NCBI GenBank assembly: GCA_043823065.1
Contig: JBDRBB010000008.1
Location: forward strand, 256,554 to 320,553
Source: Pseudomonadota bacterium
GTDB lineage: Bacteria; UBA10199; 2-02-FULL-44-16; DYJF01
Length of the DNA stretch: 64,000 nt
Reading direction: 5' to 3'
This document shows positions 1-9,080 of the stretch, piece by piece. The translations under genes were made by a program, and so were the position numbers. Under the pieces are notes generated by a model. The model had not been told where the DNA came from. It saw only the letters and a program-made list of their open reading frames with translations, and ran no database searches. The stretch's first letter is position 1; every line of letters starts with the position of its first letter.

Positions 1-442
1 TATTTTCACCGCATGTGCCAAAGAGGTGGTCAAGCGGCCAGAAGTTAAAAAGAAAAAGCCGCAGGTTGAAGAACAAGCAAGAAAACCAATTGTTCCTCCC
101 ACAGTTTATACCCCACAAAGAAAAGCTTCTGATCGCATTGTAGCCAAAGGAAAGGTTCAGTTAGAAAATGGTAATCATGAACAAGCCCTGCAGCTATTTC
201 AAGATGCAGTAAATGTGGATTCAGCCAATGGCCAGGCTTATTATTACTTAGCTCTAGCCCATATTAAGCTGGATCAAAATGATGCAGCTTTGGGGTTATT
301 AGATAAAGCCGAAGCCCTTTTACAGCACGAACCTGACTGGTTGGAAAAAATTCAAGATTTACGTCAAAAAATAGGTGGCGCAGCTACCCAAAAACCTGTC
401 TATTATCAAAGAGTTAATGACCAAGAAGAAGATGAGTTTTAA
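1..442 (+). CDS. TPR-repeat lipoprotein, 5' end truncated by window edge
   Basis: Frame is open from base 2 (IFTAC, lipobox-like); TPR-like helices 'ALQLFQDAVNVDSANGQAYYYLALAHIKL'. Confidence 0.75.
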   Translation, partial: IFTACAKEVVKRPEVKKKKPQVEEQARKPIVPPTVYTPQRKASDRIVAKGKVQLENGNHEQALQLFQDAVNVDSANGQAYYYLALAHIKLDQNDAALGLLDKAEALLQHEPDWLEKIQDLRQKIGGAATQKPVYYQRVNDQEEDEF

Positions 443-449
443 TTTAATT

Positions 450-465
450 TGGCCTGTTTTTTGCT
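450..465 (+). promoter_or_regulatory. Putative sigma-54 (-24/-12) promoter
   Basis: TGGCCTGTTTTTTGCT, GG-N10-GC spacing, about 50 bp upstream of ATG 518 (SD AGGAGG). Confidence 0.6.
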
Positions 466-517
466 TAAATTTAAGCTGGTGGCGCGTTTGCGCAGCTAAA
501 ACATTTAGGAGGCGTTT

Positions 518-2428
518 ATGTTTAATAATTTAGCCAAAATTTTAACGCTTTTTCTGATTTTGATAATGCTGGGTTTTGGTCTAGGTAATGGCATTGGTGG
601 ATGTACTGGCTCTAAGTCTGTAGCCCCAGGCCCAGAAGAAGGTGATGGTACTGGTACTGGCGATGGAAGTGGCGGGGTTGATGAAGCAGGCGGCATACCA
701 GCTGCTAGCTTAAATTTAAATGCCACTACCAACAAGCTGTATACCACAGATCCTTTGCGCATTACTTTTAATCAAGCCATGAACCAAGCAACAACTCAGG
801 CCGCAGTCTCAATTACTGATGCTAGTGGCGCAGCTGTTAACGGAACATTTTCCTGGAATGGTAATGATTTAATTTTCACTCCTAATGGAGGACTTTGGCG
901 AACCAATCATGCTTATAATTTGTCAATCAGTGTTGCTGCTACCAATCAAGCTGGAACTGCTTTGGCTCAAGCCTTAAACCAAACTTTTAGACCGCAACTT
1001 AATCTCCATGATGTTAATGGCGATAAAATAGATGATTTTATGTTGGGCATGCCAGGCGGAAATGCTGGAGGAGTTGAAGATTCTGGACAGGCGTATTTGT
1101 TTTTAGGCAGACAATCTTGGGAAGGTGCAAATTTAACTTCAGCTAATGCTTTATATACAGTTGAATCTGATGCTGAGTTTGGTTGGGAAGCCAAAGTTGT
1201 GGGTGACATTAATGGTGACGGGTTTGCAGATATGCTAATCGCTGCTCCATCTGTCAGCGTAGCTATAGATGCGCCTGGTCCTGGCGTTGGTGTTGTTGAT
1301 AATGGTTTGGTGGCGATTATTCATGGTTCAGCAAATCCTGCTAACCTAACTTTATCCATGGCACAGCTGGCTAATGGCATTATTGTTGGTCCAGATGATG
1401 AAAGCCGTTTAGGTTTTCCTGTGAAACCTGTAGGAGATGTAAATGGTGATGGTCTAGCAGATTTTGTTATAGGTAGTAAAACCCCTGCTGATGATACCAG
1501 GTTTTTTCTATTTTTAGGCAGAAAAGAGGGTTTTCCAAATTGGGCTTCGGCTGCTGTTTCAGCTAGTGCCACGTATATATTGGCAGAAGATGAACGACTA
1601 AACGGTGTTTTTCAAACAGCTGGTTGCGATATTAATGGAGATGGTTTTAGTGACTTGCTCTTTGGCGCTCCAGGGTTTGATGGTGGTTTTGGAGTACATG
1701 TTGATAACGGGGAAGTCTATATTATAGCTGGTTCTCAAACTCCAACTTCTCTAGATTTAAGAGCAGAGGCCCCTAGCGCGGTTATTTCTGGCGCTAATGA
1801 TAATGATAGGTTGGGTGTAGTTGCTTGCGGCAATATTAATGGTGATCAATATGCAGATTTGGTGCTAGGCGCGCCAGGTTTTGATGCCAGCAGGGGAGCT
1901 GCTTATGTGATTTTGGGCGAGCCTTCTTTTAGAAACTATAATTTGGAACCTGGGGGAGATACGCCTTTTGCCTTTTATCAAGGTCCGGTTGCTGGCGCTG
2001 ATGGTGTTGGAGAGCTATGTGTGCCAGGCGATGTGGTGAACCACGATGGTTATGAAGATATATTAATAGGTGCGTTATTAATGGATGTTGATGTTGATAA
2101 CGGCTTAATTGTTATCATGCCTGGCTCTACCACTGGTTTTAATTACACTTTGGTAGAAGCTAATCCTCCAGCTACTTATTATATTGGAGAAAATAGAAGT
2201 CATCTTGGTTCTTGTAAAACAATAGGTGATGTTAATGCAGATGGCATGGCAGACTTGTTAATTGGCGCTCCTACTTATCCAGATATGAATGGTTGGGGCC
2301 GGGTATATTTAATTTTTGGTGCACAAGGTGTTTTACCGCCAGTGGATTTTAGGACTGCCAGTACGGGGATAACTTTTACTGGAGACAGAGATATGGACCT
2401 ATTAATTGTGGGCCCTGCTGACTTGTGA
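518..2428 (+). CDS. Surface lipoprotein with Ig-like (Big_5/SbsA-type) domain and FG-GAP/integrin-alpha-like beta-propeller
   Basis: Signal peptide ending GIGGC; 'ITFNQAMN...GTFSW...LIFTP' Ig-like segment; about 7 'GD(I/V)NGDGxxDxxxGAP' repeats. Confidence 0.85.
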   Translation: MFNNLAKILTLFLILIMLGFGLGNGIGGCTGSKSVAPGPEEGDGTGTGDGSGGVDEAGGIPAASLNLNATTNKLYTTDPLRITFNQAMNQATTQAAVSITDASGAAVNGTFSWNGNDLIFTPNGGLWRTNHAYNLSISVAATNQAGTALAQALNQTFRPQLNLHDVNGDKIDDFMLGMPGGNAGGVEDSGQAYLFLGRQSWEGANLTSANALYTVESDAEFGWEAKVVGDINGDGFADMLIAAPSVSVAIDAPGPGVGVVDNGLVAIIHGSANPANLTLSMAQLANGIIVGPDDESRLGFPVKPVGDVNGDGLADFVIGSKTPADDTRFFLFLGRKEGFPNWASAAVSASATYILAEDERLNGVFQTAGCDINGDGFSDLLFGAPGFDGGFGVHVDNGEVYIIAGSQTPTSLDLRAEAPSAVISGANDNDRLGVVACGNINGDQYADLVLGAPGFDASRGAAYVILGEPSFRNYNLEPGGDTPFAFYQGPVAGADGVGELCVPGDVVNHDGYEDILIGALLMDVDVDNGLIVIMPGSTTGFNYTLVEANPPATYYIGENRSHLGSCKTIGDVNADGMADLLIGAPTYPDMNGWGRVYLIFGAQGVLPPVDFRTASTGITFTGDRDMDLLIVGPADL

Positions 2429-2462
2429 TAATAATTTGATATTAAAGAAGATTTTAATTTTA

Positions 2463-2491
2463 GCACAACATTTTTTAAATCCTGCCGATAA
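2463..2491 (+). promoter_or_regulatory. Sigma-28-like promoter, copy 1 (GCACAAC-N14-GCCGATAA)
   Basis: Perfect FliA-type -10 GCCGATAA; same upstream heptamer and spacing as copy at 18257. Confidence 0.6.
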
Positions 2492-2559
2492 AAAAGATGA
2501 AGGATAAAATTGGTTGCAAAAGATTATATTTGAAGTAAGTTTTAAGCAGAGAAAGGGGT

Positions 2560-2916
2560 ATGGTTATGGAAAAAAGAAGACATAAACGTTTAGATCTCCA
2601 AATCCCTGTGACAGTGCGTTGTAATGGAAAATTGCTGCCTGCAACTGCAACAAATGTAAGTGTTGGTGGAATGTGTATTAAGACCGAAGCTTTTGATGAT
2701 GTAAAAAAAGATGATTTAGTGGAAGTTTATTTTGATTTAGATGAAAAAAGAAGGGACCTTTCCTTGCGCGGCGCCATTGCCAGGGTTAATGGCAGCGCAG
2801 ATCACAATATTGGCGTTCAATTTGGCAATTTTCATTCAGAAAGTCACAAGATCTTGCGCCAATTCCTGCACCGCGAATTGCATTCCTCATTGTTCCAGAG
2901 TTTAGAGAGAAGATAA
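2560..2916 (+). CDS. Single-domain PilZ protein (c-di-GMP receptor)
   Basis: RRHKR (RxxxR) and NVSVGG ((D/N)xSxxG) motifs intact. Confidence 0.9.
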   Translation: MVMEKRRHKRLDLQIPVTVRCNGKLLPATATNVSVGGMCIKTEAFDDVKKDDLVEVYFDLDEKRRDLSLRGAIARVNGSADHNIGVQFGNFHSESHKILRQFLHRELHSSLFQSLERR

Positions 2917-2957
2917 ATGTTTGGTAGTCATGAGGACTATTAATCACCTCAGACCTT

Positions 2958-3734
2958 TTAAACATTATACGGACACACCTGTTGGCAGATATCACAGCCA
3001 TATTGTCCAGGTTTAATAAACTTTTTAAATTCTTCAGGGATTTCAGTTTTATGTTCAATAGTGAGATAAGATAGACAACGCCTGGCATCTAGAACATATG
3101 GCTCAACTAAGGCGCCTGTTGGACAGGCTTTAAGACATTTTCTACAGTCTCCACATTGGCCTATGTTGTCATTGCGAGCGTAGCGAAGCAATCCAGTTAA
3201 GTGGTCTGGATTGCTTCGTCGCTTTTGCTCCTCGCAATGACCAAAATCAATATCCGTAATTATCTCCCCCAACACCAGATATGACCCAAACTTGGGATTA
3301 ATCAGCAAAGTATTCTTGCCAATCCAACCCAGGCCAGCTCTAGCTGCCAAGGCTTTTTCAAAAATTGGGCTGGTATCTACGCAGATTTTAAACTTTGCCT
3401 GGGGATGATCTTTTTTTAGCTCTTCACAAATCAGTTTGAGTTTTTGGCGGACAAATTTGTGGTATTCTTCACCTCTGGCAAATCTGGCTCGCAAAGGATT
3501 ATAATTATTTTTTTTGTTATTGTCTTCTAAGAGACCATGGTTACCATATGCAAAACCCACACAAATCACCGTCTGGGCCTCTGGTAATAAAGATTTTGGA
3601 TCACCTCTTGCTTCAGGGACCCTCTCCATCCACTTCATAGAGGCCTGATATCCCTTGCCCAGCCAATAACGTATTTTATCAATAGATAAAGCCTCTGCTG
3701 AACAGAAACCAGATATATTTGCATTAATATACAT
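2958..3734 (-). CDS. queG: Epoxyqueuosine reductase QueG with an in-frame palindromic insertion; start uncertain (3734 or 3767)
   Basis: 'VDTSPIFEKALAARAGLGWIGKN', CxxCxxCxxxCP, 'RCLSYLTIE', 'YGCDICQQVCP'. Confidence 0.9.
   Translation of the reverse strand: MYINANISGFCSAEALSIDKIRYWLGKGYQASMKWMERVPEARGDPKSLLPEAQTVICVGFAYGNHGLLEDNNKKNNYNPLRARFARGEEYHKFVRQKLKLICEELKKDHPQAKFKICVDTSPIFEKALAARAGLGWIGKNTLLINPKFGSYLVLGEIITDIDFGHCEEQKRRSNPDHLTGLLRYARNDNIGQCGDCRKCLKACPTGALVEPYVLDARRCLSYLTIEHKTEIPEEFKKFIKPGQYGCDICQQVCPYNV
3168..3241 (-). repeat. GTCA-tagged palindromic REP-like element inside queG
   Basis: gtcattgcgag...ctcgcaatgac outer arms, gaagcaatccag/ctggattgcttc inner arms; near-identical intergenic copy at 28674-28752. 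Confidence 0.9.
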
Positions 3735-3840
3735 AGGTGTTTCATTGCTTATACAGGTGCAAATCACAATAAAAATTTGACAAAAAATTTATAGTGATTT
3801 CAGGTCGCACATGTTAAGGCCTTAAGCCTAAGGAGTGAAA

Positions 3841-4968
3841 ATGAATCGTCTTGTTGCCAGTATTATTTGTTTAATAAATATAATTTTAATTTACCCAAGC
3901 TCAACTTTGGCCGACCCTACTCTTTGGACTAAGCAAATGAAAGAGCAGCGGGATGTTAAAATTACTGAGCTAGCTCTGGCGGGACAAAAATTAGTTTTTC
4001 AAAGAGATTATGCCCAGGCCTTGGATTTTTTTAAGGACGTGCAAAAACAGTATCCAGATTCTTCTTTGGGTTATTTTGGAGAAATGGCCATCTATGAAGT
4101 GCAGATGCTGGAAAATGAAGACTTTCATCTGGAAAACGAGTTTCTAGATGCCTCTGCTAGAGGAATGCAGGTTTACGATAAGGTAATGCAGAAGTATTAC
4201 CCAACTGATAAAGAGCTATTCTATGCAGCAGGCGTAATTGGTTTAGACAGTTTTTTTCAGGCCAGAAAAGGGAATTGGTGGAAAGCCTATGTGCGTGGCA
4301 CAAAATCACGCCAGATTTTTAAGCGCATTTTAAGAAAAAACCCCCAGTTTGTAGATGCCAGGTTAGGCGAGGGCATGTATATCTATTGGCGCTCAGTTTT
4401 TACCAAAGAATATACTTTCTTGCCCTTTTTTTCTGATCGTCGGGAAGAAGGGATAGCTATTATCAAAGGGGTGATTGACCAAGCAGAAATAGCCCAGGAG
4501 GTAGCCAGGGTTAACTTGGGCCTAATTTACTTTGAAGAAAAAAATTACAAAGATGCCCAAAAGATTTTTGAAAATTTTGTGCAGCAATATCCAAAAAGTG
4601 TGATTTTTTATATGTTGCTAGGTAAAGTTTTTCTGGCCAGTAAGCAATATGATAAGGCTTTGGACATTTTTCAAAAAACGCTTCAGCTTGATCCTGAAAT
4701 AGATAAATTGTATTATTTTATTGGCATGAGCGTGGCTTTAAACAAGCACAAAAATAAATATGATTATGGAAAACAAACATTGGATGTTTTTTTAAAAAAA
4801 AGCAAGCAAAGCTTGTGGCGTTCTTATGCTTATTATTGGCTGGGGTTGATTAATGAAAAACAAGGAGATAAAACAGAAGCCAAAAGTAATTATGAAGAGT
4901 CCATCAAGCTTAACCCTGGCTTGAAACATGCGAAGATTAAGATAAGAGGTTTGGGTGGAGGTATTTAG
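3841..4968 (+). CDS. Exported TPR-repeat protein
   Basis: N-terminal signal peptide; several TPR-like helical pairs; SD AGGAG before ATG. Confidence 0.75.
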   Translation: MNRLVASIICLINIILIYPSSTLADPTLWTKQMKEQRDVKITELALAGQKLVFQRDYAQALDFFKDVQKQYPDSSLGYFGEMAIYEVQMLENEDFHLENEFLDASARGMQVYDKVMQKYYPTDKELFYAAGVIGLDSFFQARKGNWWKAYVRGTKSRQIFKRILRKNPQFVDARLGEGMYIYWRSVFTKEYTFLPFFSDRREEGIAIIKGVIDQAEIAQEVARVNLGLIYFEEKNYKDAQKIFENFVQQYPKSVIFYMLLGKVFLASKQYDKALDIFQKTLQLDPEIDKLYYFIGMSVALNKHKNKYDYGKQTLDVFLKKSKQSLWRSYAYYWLGLINEKQGDKTEAKSNYEESIKLNPGLKHAKIKIRGLGGGI

Positions 4969-5004
4969 TTGGACTATAAGCATAATGGTTAATGGTCAAG
5001 AATT

Positions 5005-6195
5005 ATGGGTATAACAATCGTACAAAAGAGTGATTTGCGTAAGAAGAAGCCTAAGGCTACCAAGGCGCTGATTCTTTCTGGCGGAGCTATAACTGGTGGT
5101 TCTTTTAAGGCTGGTGGTATTAAAGCCTTAAACGATTATTTTACCAATTTTCAGGTTACTGATTTTGATATTTTTGTGGGAATTAGTTCAGGAAGTTTGC
5201 TGGCCGCTCCTTTGATGGGAGGTATTTCTCCAGAATCAATATTGAGAAGTTTAGAGGGTAGTTCCAGAAATTTTACCACGCTTAGTGCGCGACATTTTTA
5301 TTATCCTAATTTTTCCGAGTGGATCAAAAGACCTCTGGCTTTTTTGGGCAAACTGGCTCTTTCACCTTTAGATTTGATTTCCAAAGGGCATGTTGATGTA
5401 CCCGAACTTTTATCAATGTTGCCTTCAGGTATTTTTGATAATTCGCCCATTGAGAAATATTTGCGTGATAATATTGAGCGTAATGGCCTGACCAATGATT
5501 TTAGGGTTGCTCAGGAATTGACGAGAAAAAAACTTTATATTTGCGCCATGACTTTAGATGGCGCCAAGCGCGTGGTTTTTGGCCCAGATGAAAAAAATGA
5601 TGTGGCAATTTCCGAAGCAGTTCAGGCATCCACAGCTATGCCTGGATTTTATAAACCAGCCCATATTCAGGGGGTGGATTATGTAGACGGCGGGGTGCAG
5701 GAGACCGCAAATATTGATATTGCCATTCAAAAAGGCGCGCAGCTCATTGTTTGCTATAATCCCTTTCGCCCTTATGATCCTGATGAGCAGCGTTCTACAA
5801 AATCCTCAGGACGCTTGGCTCAAAAAGGTGTTATTGAAGTGCTGAATCAGATTTTTAGGGCTTTTTTTCACGCGCGTTTGCATATTGCTCTAGATCATTT
5901 TCGCCAAGATCCTAATTTTAAAGGAGATATTATTTTAATTGAACCTAGCGCTAATGACAGTGATTTTTTTAAGCTTAACCCTTTGGTACTTTCCAACCGG
6001 GTGGAAGCAGCCAGGCTGGGTTTTAGGTCAGTGCGCAATTCTATTGAAGCTAAATTTGACGAGGTAAAAAAGATTTTTGCCAGCTATGGCATTGAAATGA
6101 CCAGGCGCGGGGTAGAAGCTGAATTTAAAAAAATTATGCAGCCAGATGTTAGCGAACATGAATTAGCTTCGTTATTAGAGCGTAAAAGAAAATAG
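5005..6195 (+). CDS. Patatin-like phospholipase
   Basis: LSGGAITG oxyanion loop, GISSG nucleophile motif, YVDGG catalytic Asp. Confidence 0.9.
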   Translation: MGITIVQKSDLRKKKPKATKALILSGGAITGGSFKAGGIKALNDYFTNFQVTDFDIFVGISSGSLLAAPLMGGISPESILRSLEGSSRNFTTLSARHFYYPNFSEWIKRPLAFLGKLALSPLDLISKGHVDVPELLSMLPSGIFDNSPIEKYLRDNIERNGLTNDFRVAQELTRKKLYICAMTLDGAKRVVFGPDEKNDVAISEAVQASTAMPGFYKPAHIQGVDYVDGGVQETANIDIAIQKGAQLIVCYNPFRPYDPDEQRSTKSSGRLAQKGVIEVLNQIFRAFFHARLHIALDHFRQDPNFKGDIILIEPSANDSDFFKLNPLVLSNRVEAARLGFRSVRNSIEAKFDEVKKIFASYGIEMTRRGVEAEFKKIMQPDVSEHELASLLERKRK

Positions 6196-6198
6196 AAT

Positions 6199-7452
6199 AT
6201 GGAACAAAGCTTTTTTGATTTTAATAAAATTGTTGAAGAACCTGCTGTCTTAAATAATGATAAACCTCATATCTACACTATCTCTGAAATCACCAAACAA
6301 GTTCGGGATATTTTGGAAAATACTTATCCAGATATTTGGTTAACTGGGGAAGTTAGTAATCTGCGCAATGCTCAGGCCAAGAACTATTATTTTAGCTTAA
6401 AAGATGAGCAAACTCAAATGCGGGCTGTGATCTTTGGGGGACGTGGCAGGTTAAATTTTGATTTAGAAGATGGCCAGGAAGTGGTTTGTCATGGCAAGCT
6501 TGCGGTGTATAGCGCGCGCGGTGAATATCAAATCATTGTTGATTATTGCGAACCCAAGGGTAAGGGCGCTTTGCAAATTGCTTTTGAGCAACTCAAAAAA
6601 AAATTGCAGACAGAAGGTTTGTTTGCCAATGAACGCAAGCGGCCCATTCCTTTTTTGCCGCGTAAGGTTGGGGTAATCACTTCTCCAACTGGTGCAGCAA
6701 TCAGGGATATTATAAATGTTTTGACCAGAAGGTTTCCCAATATTGAAATTTTGTTAATTCCTGTAAAAGTGCAAGGAGCTGAAGCAGCAGGTGAAATTGC
6801 TGCAGCCATTAATCTCCTGAATCAAAGAGATGATGTGGATGTAATGATTGTGGGTCGGGGCGGCGGTTCTTTGGAAGATCTCTGGGCTTTTAATGAGGAA
6901 GTTGTGGCCAGGGCAATTTTTGGTTCGCGCATCCCGGTTGTGAGCGCGGTTGGTCATCAAATTGATTATACAATTGCGGATTTTGTGGCAGACGTCAGAG
7001 CAGCTACTCCTTCAGCTGCTGCAGAGCTGGTTGTGCCAAGATTAGTTGATTTACAGGAAGCAATTAAAAATTATCAACGTCAGTTGAAACTAGCCCTTAA
7101 TCAATTGCTTAAGCAGCGCTGGAATGAAGTGCAGAGATTTAGGGGCCAAATTGTTGATCCTAGCAGGCGTTTTCCAGATTTATATATGCGCGTAGATAGT
7201 TTGCAAGAGAGGTTAAAATTTGTCAGTGATGCTAAAATTAAAAATTTTGCCCAACAGATCGATAAACTCACTAGTAATCTTACTCATCTTTCTCCCATGC
7301 ATATTCTGGAAAAAGGCTATGCTGTGGTGACCAAGCTGGGAGATAAAGATTCCTTAAAATCCGCCAAAGCGCTAAGCGCTGGCCAAGACCTTAAAATACG
7401 CTTTTATGAGGGTGTAGTAGCTGCTAAAGTTACGAAAAACATTGACGAATAA
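6199..7452 (+). CDS. xseA: Exodeoxyribonuclease VII large subunit
   Basis: 'GVITSPTGAAIRDI', 'GRGGGSLEDLWAFNEE', 'DVRAATPSAAAE'. Confidence 0.97.
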   Translation: MEQSFFDFNKIVEEPAVLNNDKPHIYTISEITKQVRDILENTYPDIWLTGEVSNLRNAQAKNYYFSLKDEQTQMRAVIFGGRGRLNFDLEDGQEVVCHGKLAVYSARGEYQIIVDYCEPKGKGALQIAFEQLKKKLQTEGLFANERKRPIPFLPRKVGVITSPTGAAIRDIINVLTRRFPNIEILLIPVKVQGAEAAGEIAAAINLLNQRDDVDVMIVGRGGGSLEDLWAFNEEVVARAIFGSRIPVVSAVGHQIDYTIADFVADVRAATPSAAAELVVPRLVDLQEAIKNYQRQLKLALNQLLKQRWNEVQRFRGQIVDPSRRFPDLYMRVDSLQERLKFVSDAKIKNFAQQIDKLTSNLTHLSPMHILEKGYAVVTKLGDKDSLKSAKALSAGQDLKIRFYEGVVAAKVTKNIDE

Positions 7453-7460
7453 GAGGTTAT

Positions 7461-7688
7461 ATGACCAAAAAAACATTTGAACAATCTTTGGAAGTTTTGG
7501 AAAAAACAGTTCGTCAGCTAGAAACTGGTGATCTGACTTTAGATCAATCCATTACCGCATTTGAAGATGGTATGAAACTGGTTAAAGAATGCGAAGCCAA
7601 GCTCAAGGAAGCTAAAGCCAAGATTGAAAAGCTCATCAAAGATCAAAATGGAAATACTAAAATAGAGACTTTTGAAGCAGAGGAATAA
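7461..7688 (+). CDS. xseB: Exodeoxyribonuclease VII small subunit
   Basis: 'TFEQSLEVLEKTVRQLETGDLTLDQSITAFEDG'; synteny with xseA. Confidence 0.95.
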   Translation: MTKKTFEQSLEVLEKTVRQLETGDLTLDQSITAFEDGMKLVKECEAKLKEAKAKIEKLIKDQNGNTKIETFEAEE

Positions 7689-7690
7689 AA

Positions 7691-8569
7691 GTGGATTTAA
7701 AAACTTATCTAGCAGAGCGCAAAGAAATAGTGGATATTGCTTTGACCAAATCTTTGGCAGATCCATTTATCCCAGCTCGTTTGCGCGAAGCTATGGAATA
7801 TAGCTTAAAAGCTGGGGGCAAAAGAATTCGTCCTATTTTAGTGATTGCGGGCGCTGAAGCCATAGGCAAAGCTGCTGCAGAGGTCATGGAGATTGCTTGT
7901 GCCCTGGAAATTATCCACACCTTTTCTTTGGTTCATGATGATTTGCCAGCTATGGATGATGATGATTTAAGAAGAGGCCTGCCCACTAATCATAAAAAAT
8001 TTGGCGAAGCCACAGCTATCTTAGCTGGAGACGCGCTTTTAGCTGAAGCTTTTTGGTTGCTAACCAAGAAGCCTGCAGCCAATGCTCAAGTTCAGTTGCA
8101 AATTATAAACGATATTGCCACAGCAACTGGCGGCCGGGGTATGACTGGTGGCCAACAAATAGATATAGATGCTAGTGGCAAGAAAATTAGCTTAGAGCAC
8201 CTAAATCAGTTACATAAAATGAAGACCGGTTGTTTATTGACTGTGGCAGCTACATCAGGCGCTAAATATTGCGGAGCAACTGCTCAGCAGATTCAAGCCT
8301 TAGAAAACTATGGCCAGGCCATAGGCCTAGCTTTCCAGATTGCAGATGATATTTTAGATATTGAAGGAAATCAGCAAGAGCTGGGTAAAGATATTGGCAG
8401 TGATCTGGAAAATGAAAAAGCAACATATCCAAGTTTGCTGGGTTTAGATAAATCCAAAATTAGGGCGCAATCCTTGGTTAATGAAGCTATTGCTGAGTTA
8501 GAGATTTTTGGGGACAGAGCTGAACCTTTGAAAGAGATTGCTAGGTATATTGTGGAGAGGCGAAGCTAG
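7691..8569 (+). CDS. ispA: Farnesyl/geranyl diphosphate synthase
   Basis: GGKRIRP, HDDLPAMDDDDLRRG, FQIADDILD. Confidence 0.95.
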   Translation: MDLKTYLAERKEIVDIALTKSLADPFIPARLREAMEYSLKAGGKRIRPILVIAGAEAIGKAAAEVMEIACALEIIHTFSLVHDDLPAMDDDDLRRGLPTNHKKFGEATAILAGDALLAEAFWLLTKKPAANAQVQLQIINDIATATGGRGMTGGQQIDIDASGKKISLEHLNQLHKMKTGCLLTVAATSGAKYCGATAQQIQALENYGQAIGLAFQIADDILDIEGNQQELGKDIGSDLENEKATYPSLLGLDKSKIRAQSLVNEAIAELEIFGDRAEPLKEIARYIVERRS

Positions 8570-8571
8570 TT

Positions 8572-8640
8572 ATTGTCATTCCCGCGCAGGCGGGAATCCC
8601 ATGGAGCTCTTGGGATTCCTGCTTTCGCAGGAATGACAAT
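8572..8640. repeat. GTCA-tagged palindromic element with dRS3-like core ATTCCC-N8-GGGAAT
   Basis: attgtcattcccgcgcaggcgggaatccc...gggattcctgctttcgcaggaatgacaat inverted pair between ispA and yjbQ. Confidence 0.85.
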
Positions 8641-8648
8641 CTAAAAAT

Positions 8649-9074
8649 ATGAGATGCTACACAAAAGAAATTAACATATCCACATCCCAACCTTTAGAAT
8701 TTATAGATATTACAAATCAAGTAAGGGAATTAGTGGAGAGACGCGGTATTAGCAATGGTTTGGTTAATATTTGTTCCAAACATACCACAACAGGGGTGAA
8801 GATTAATGAACGTTGTGCGCGTTTGCAGCAAGATATGGAGGAAATGCTTAAGGAAATTGCTCCTCAGGCTAAGACCTATAAGCATAATGAACAAACAGTA
8901 GATGGCAGGGGTAATGCTCATAGTCATTTGATGTCTTTAATTGTGGGTAGTTCTGAAACTATTCCAGTGGAACAAGGGAAATTAAAACTTGGTACCTGGC
9001 AATCTATCTTTTTTATGGAATTTGACGGTCCCCGATCCTCACGCGCTGTTTCTGTCACAATAGTGGGAATATAA
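8649..9074 (+). CDS. yjbQ: YjbQ/UPF0047 family protein
   Basis: 'FIDITNQV', 'HTTTGVKINE', 'NAHSHL', 'LGTWQSIFFMEFDGPR'. Confidence 0.93.
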   Translation: MRCYTKEINISTSQPLEFIDITNQVRELVERRGISNGLVNICSKHTTTGVKINERCARLQQDMEEMLKEIAPQAKTYKHNEQTVDGRGNAHSHLMSLIVGSSETIPVEQGKLKLGTWQSIFFMEFDGPRSSRAVSVTIVGI

Positions 9075-9080
9075 TTAAGT

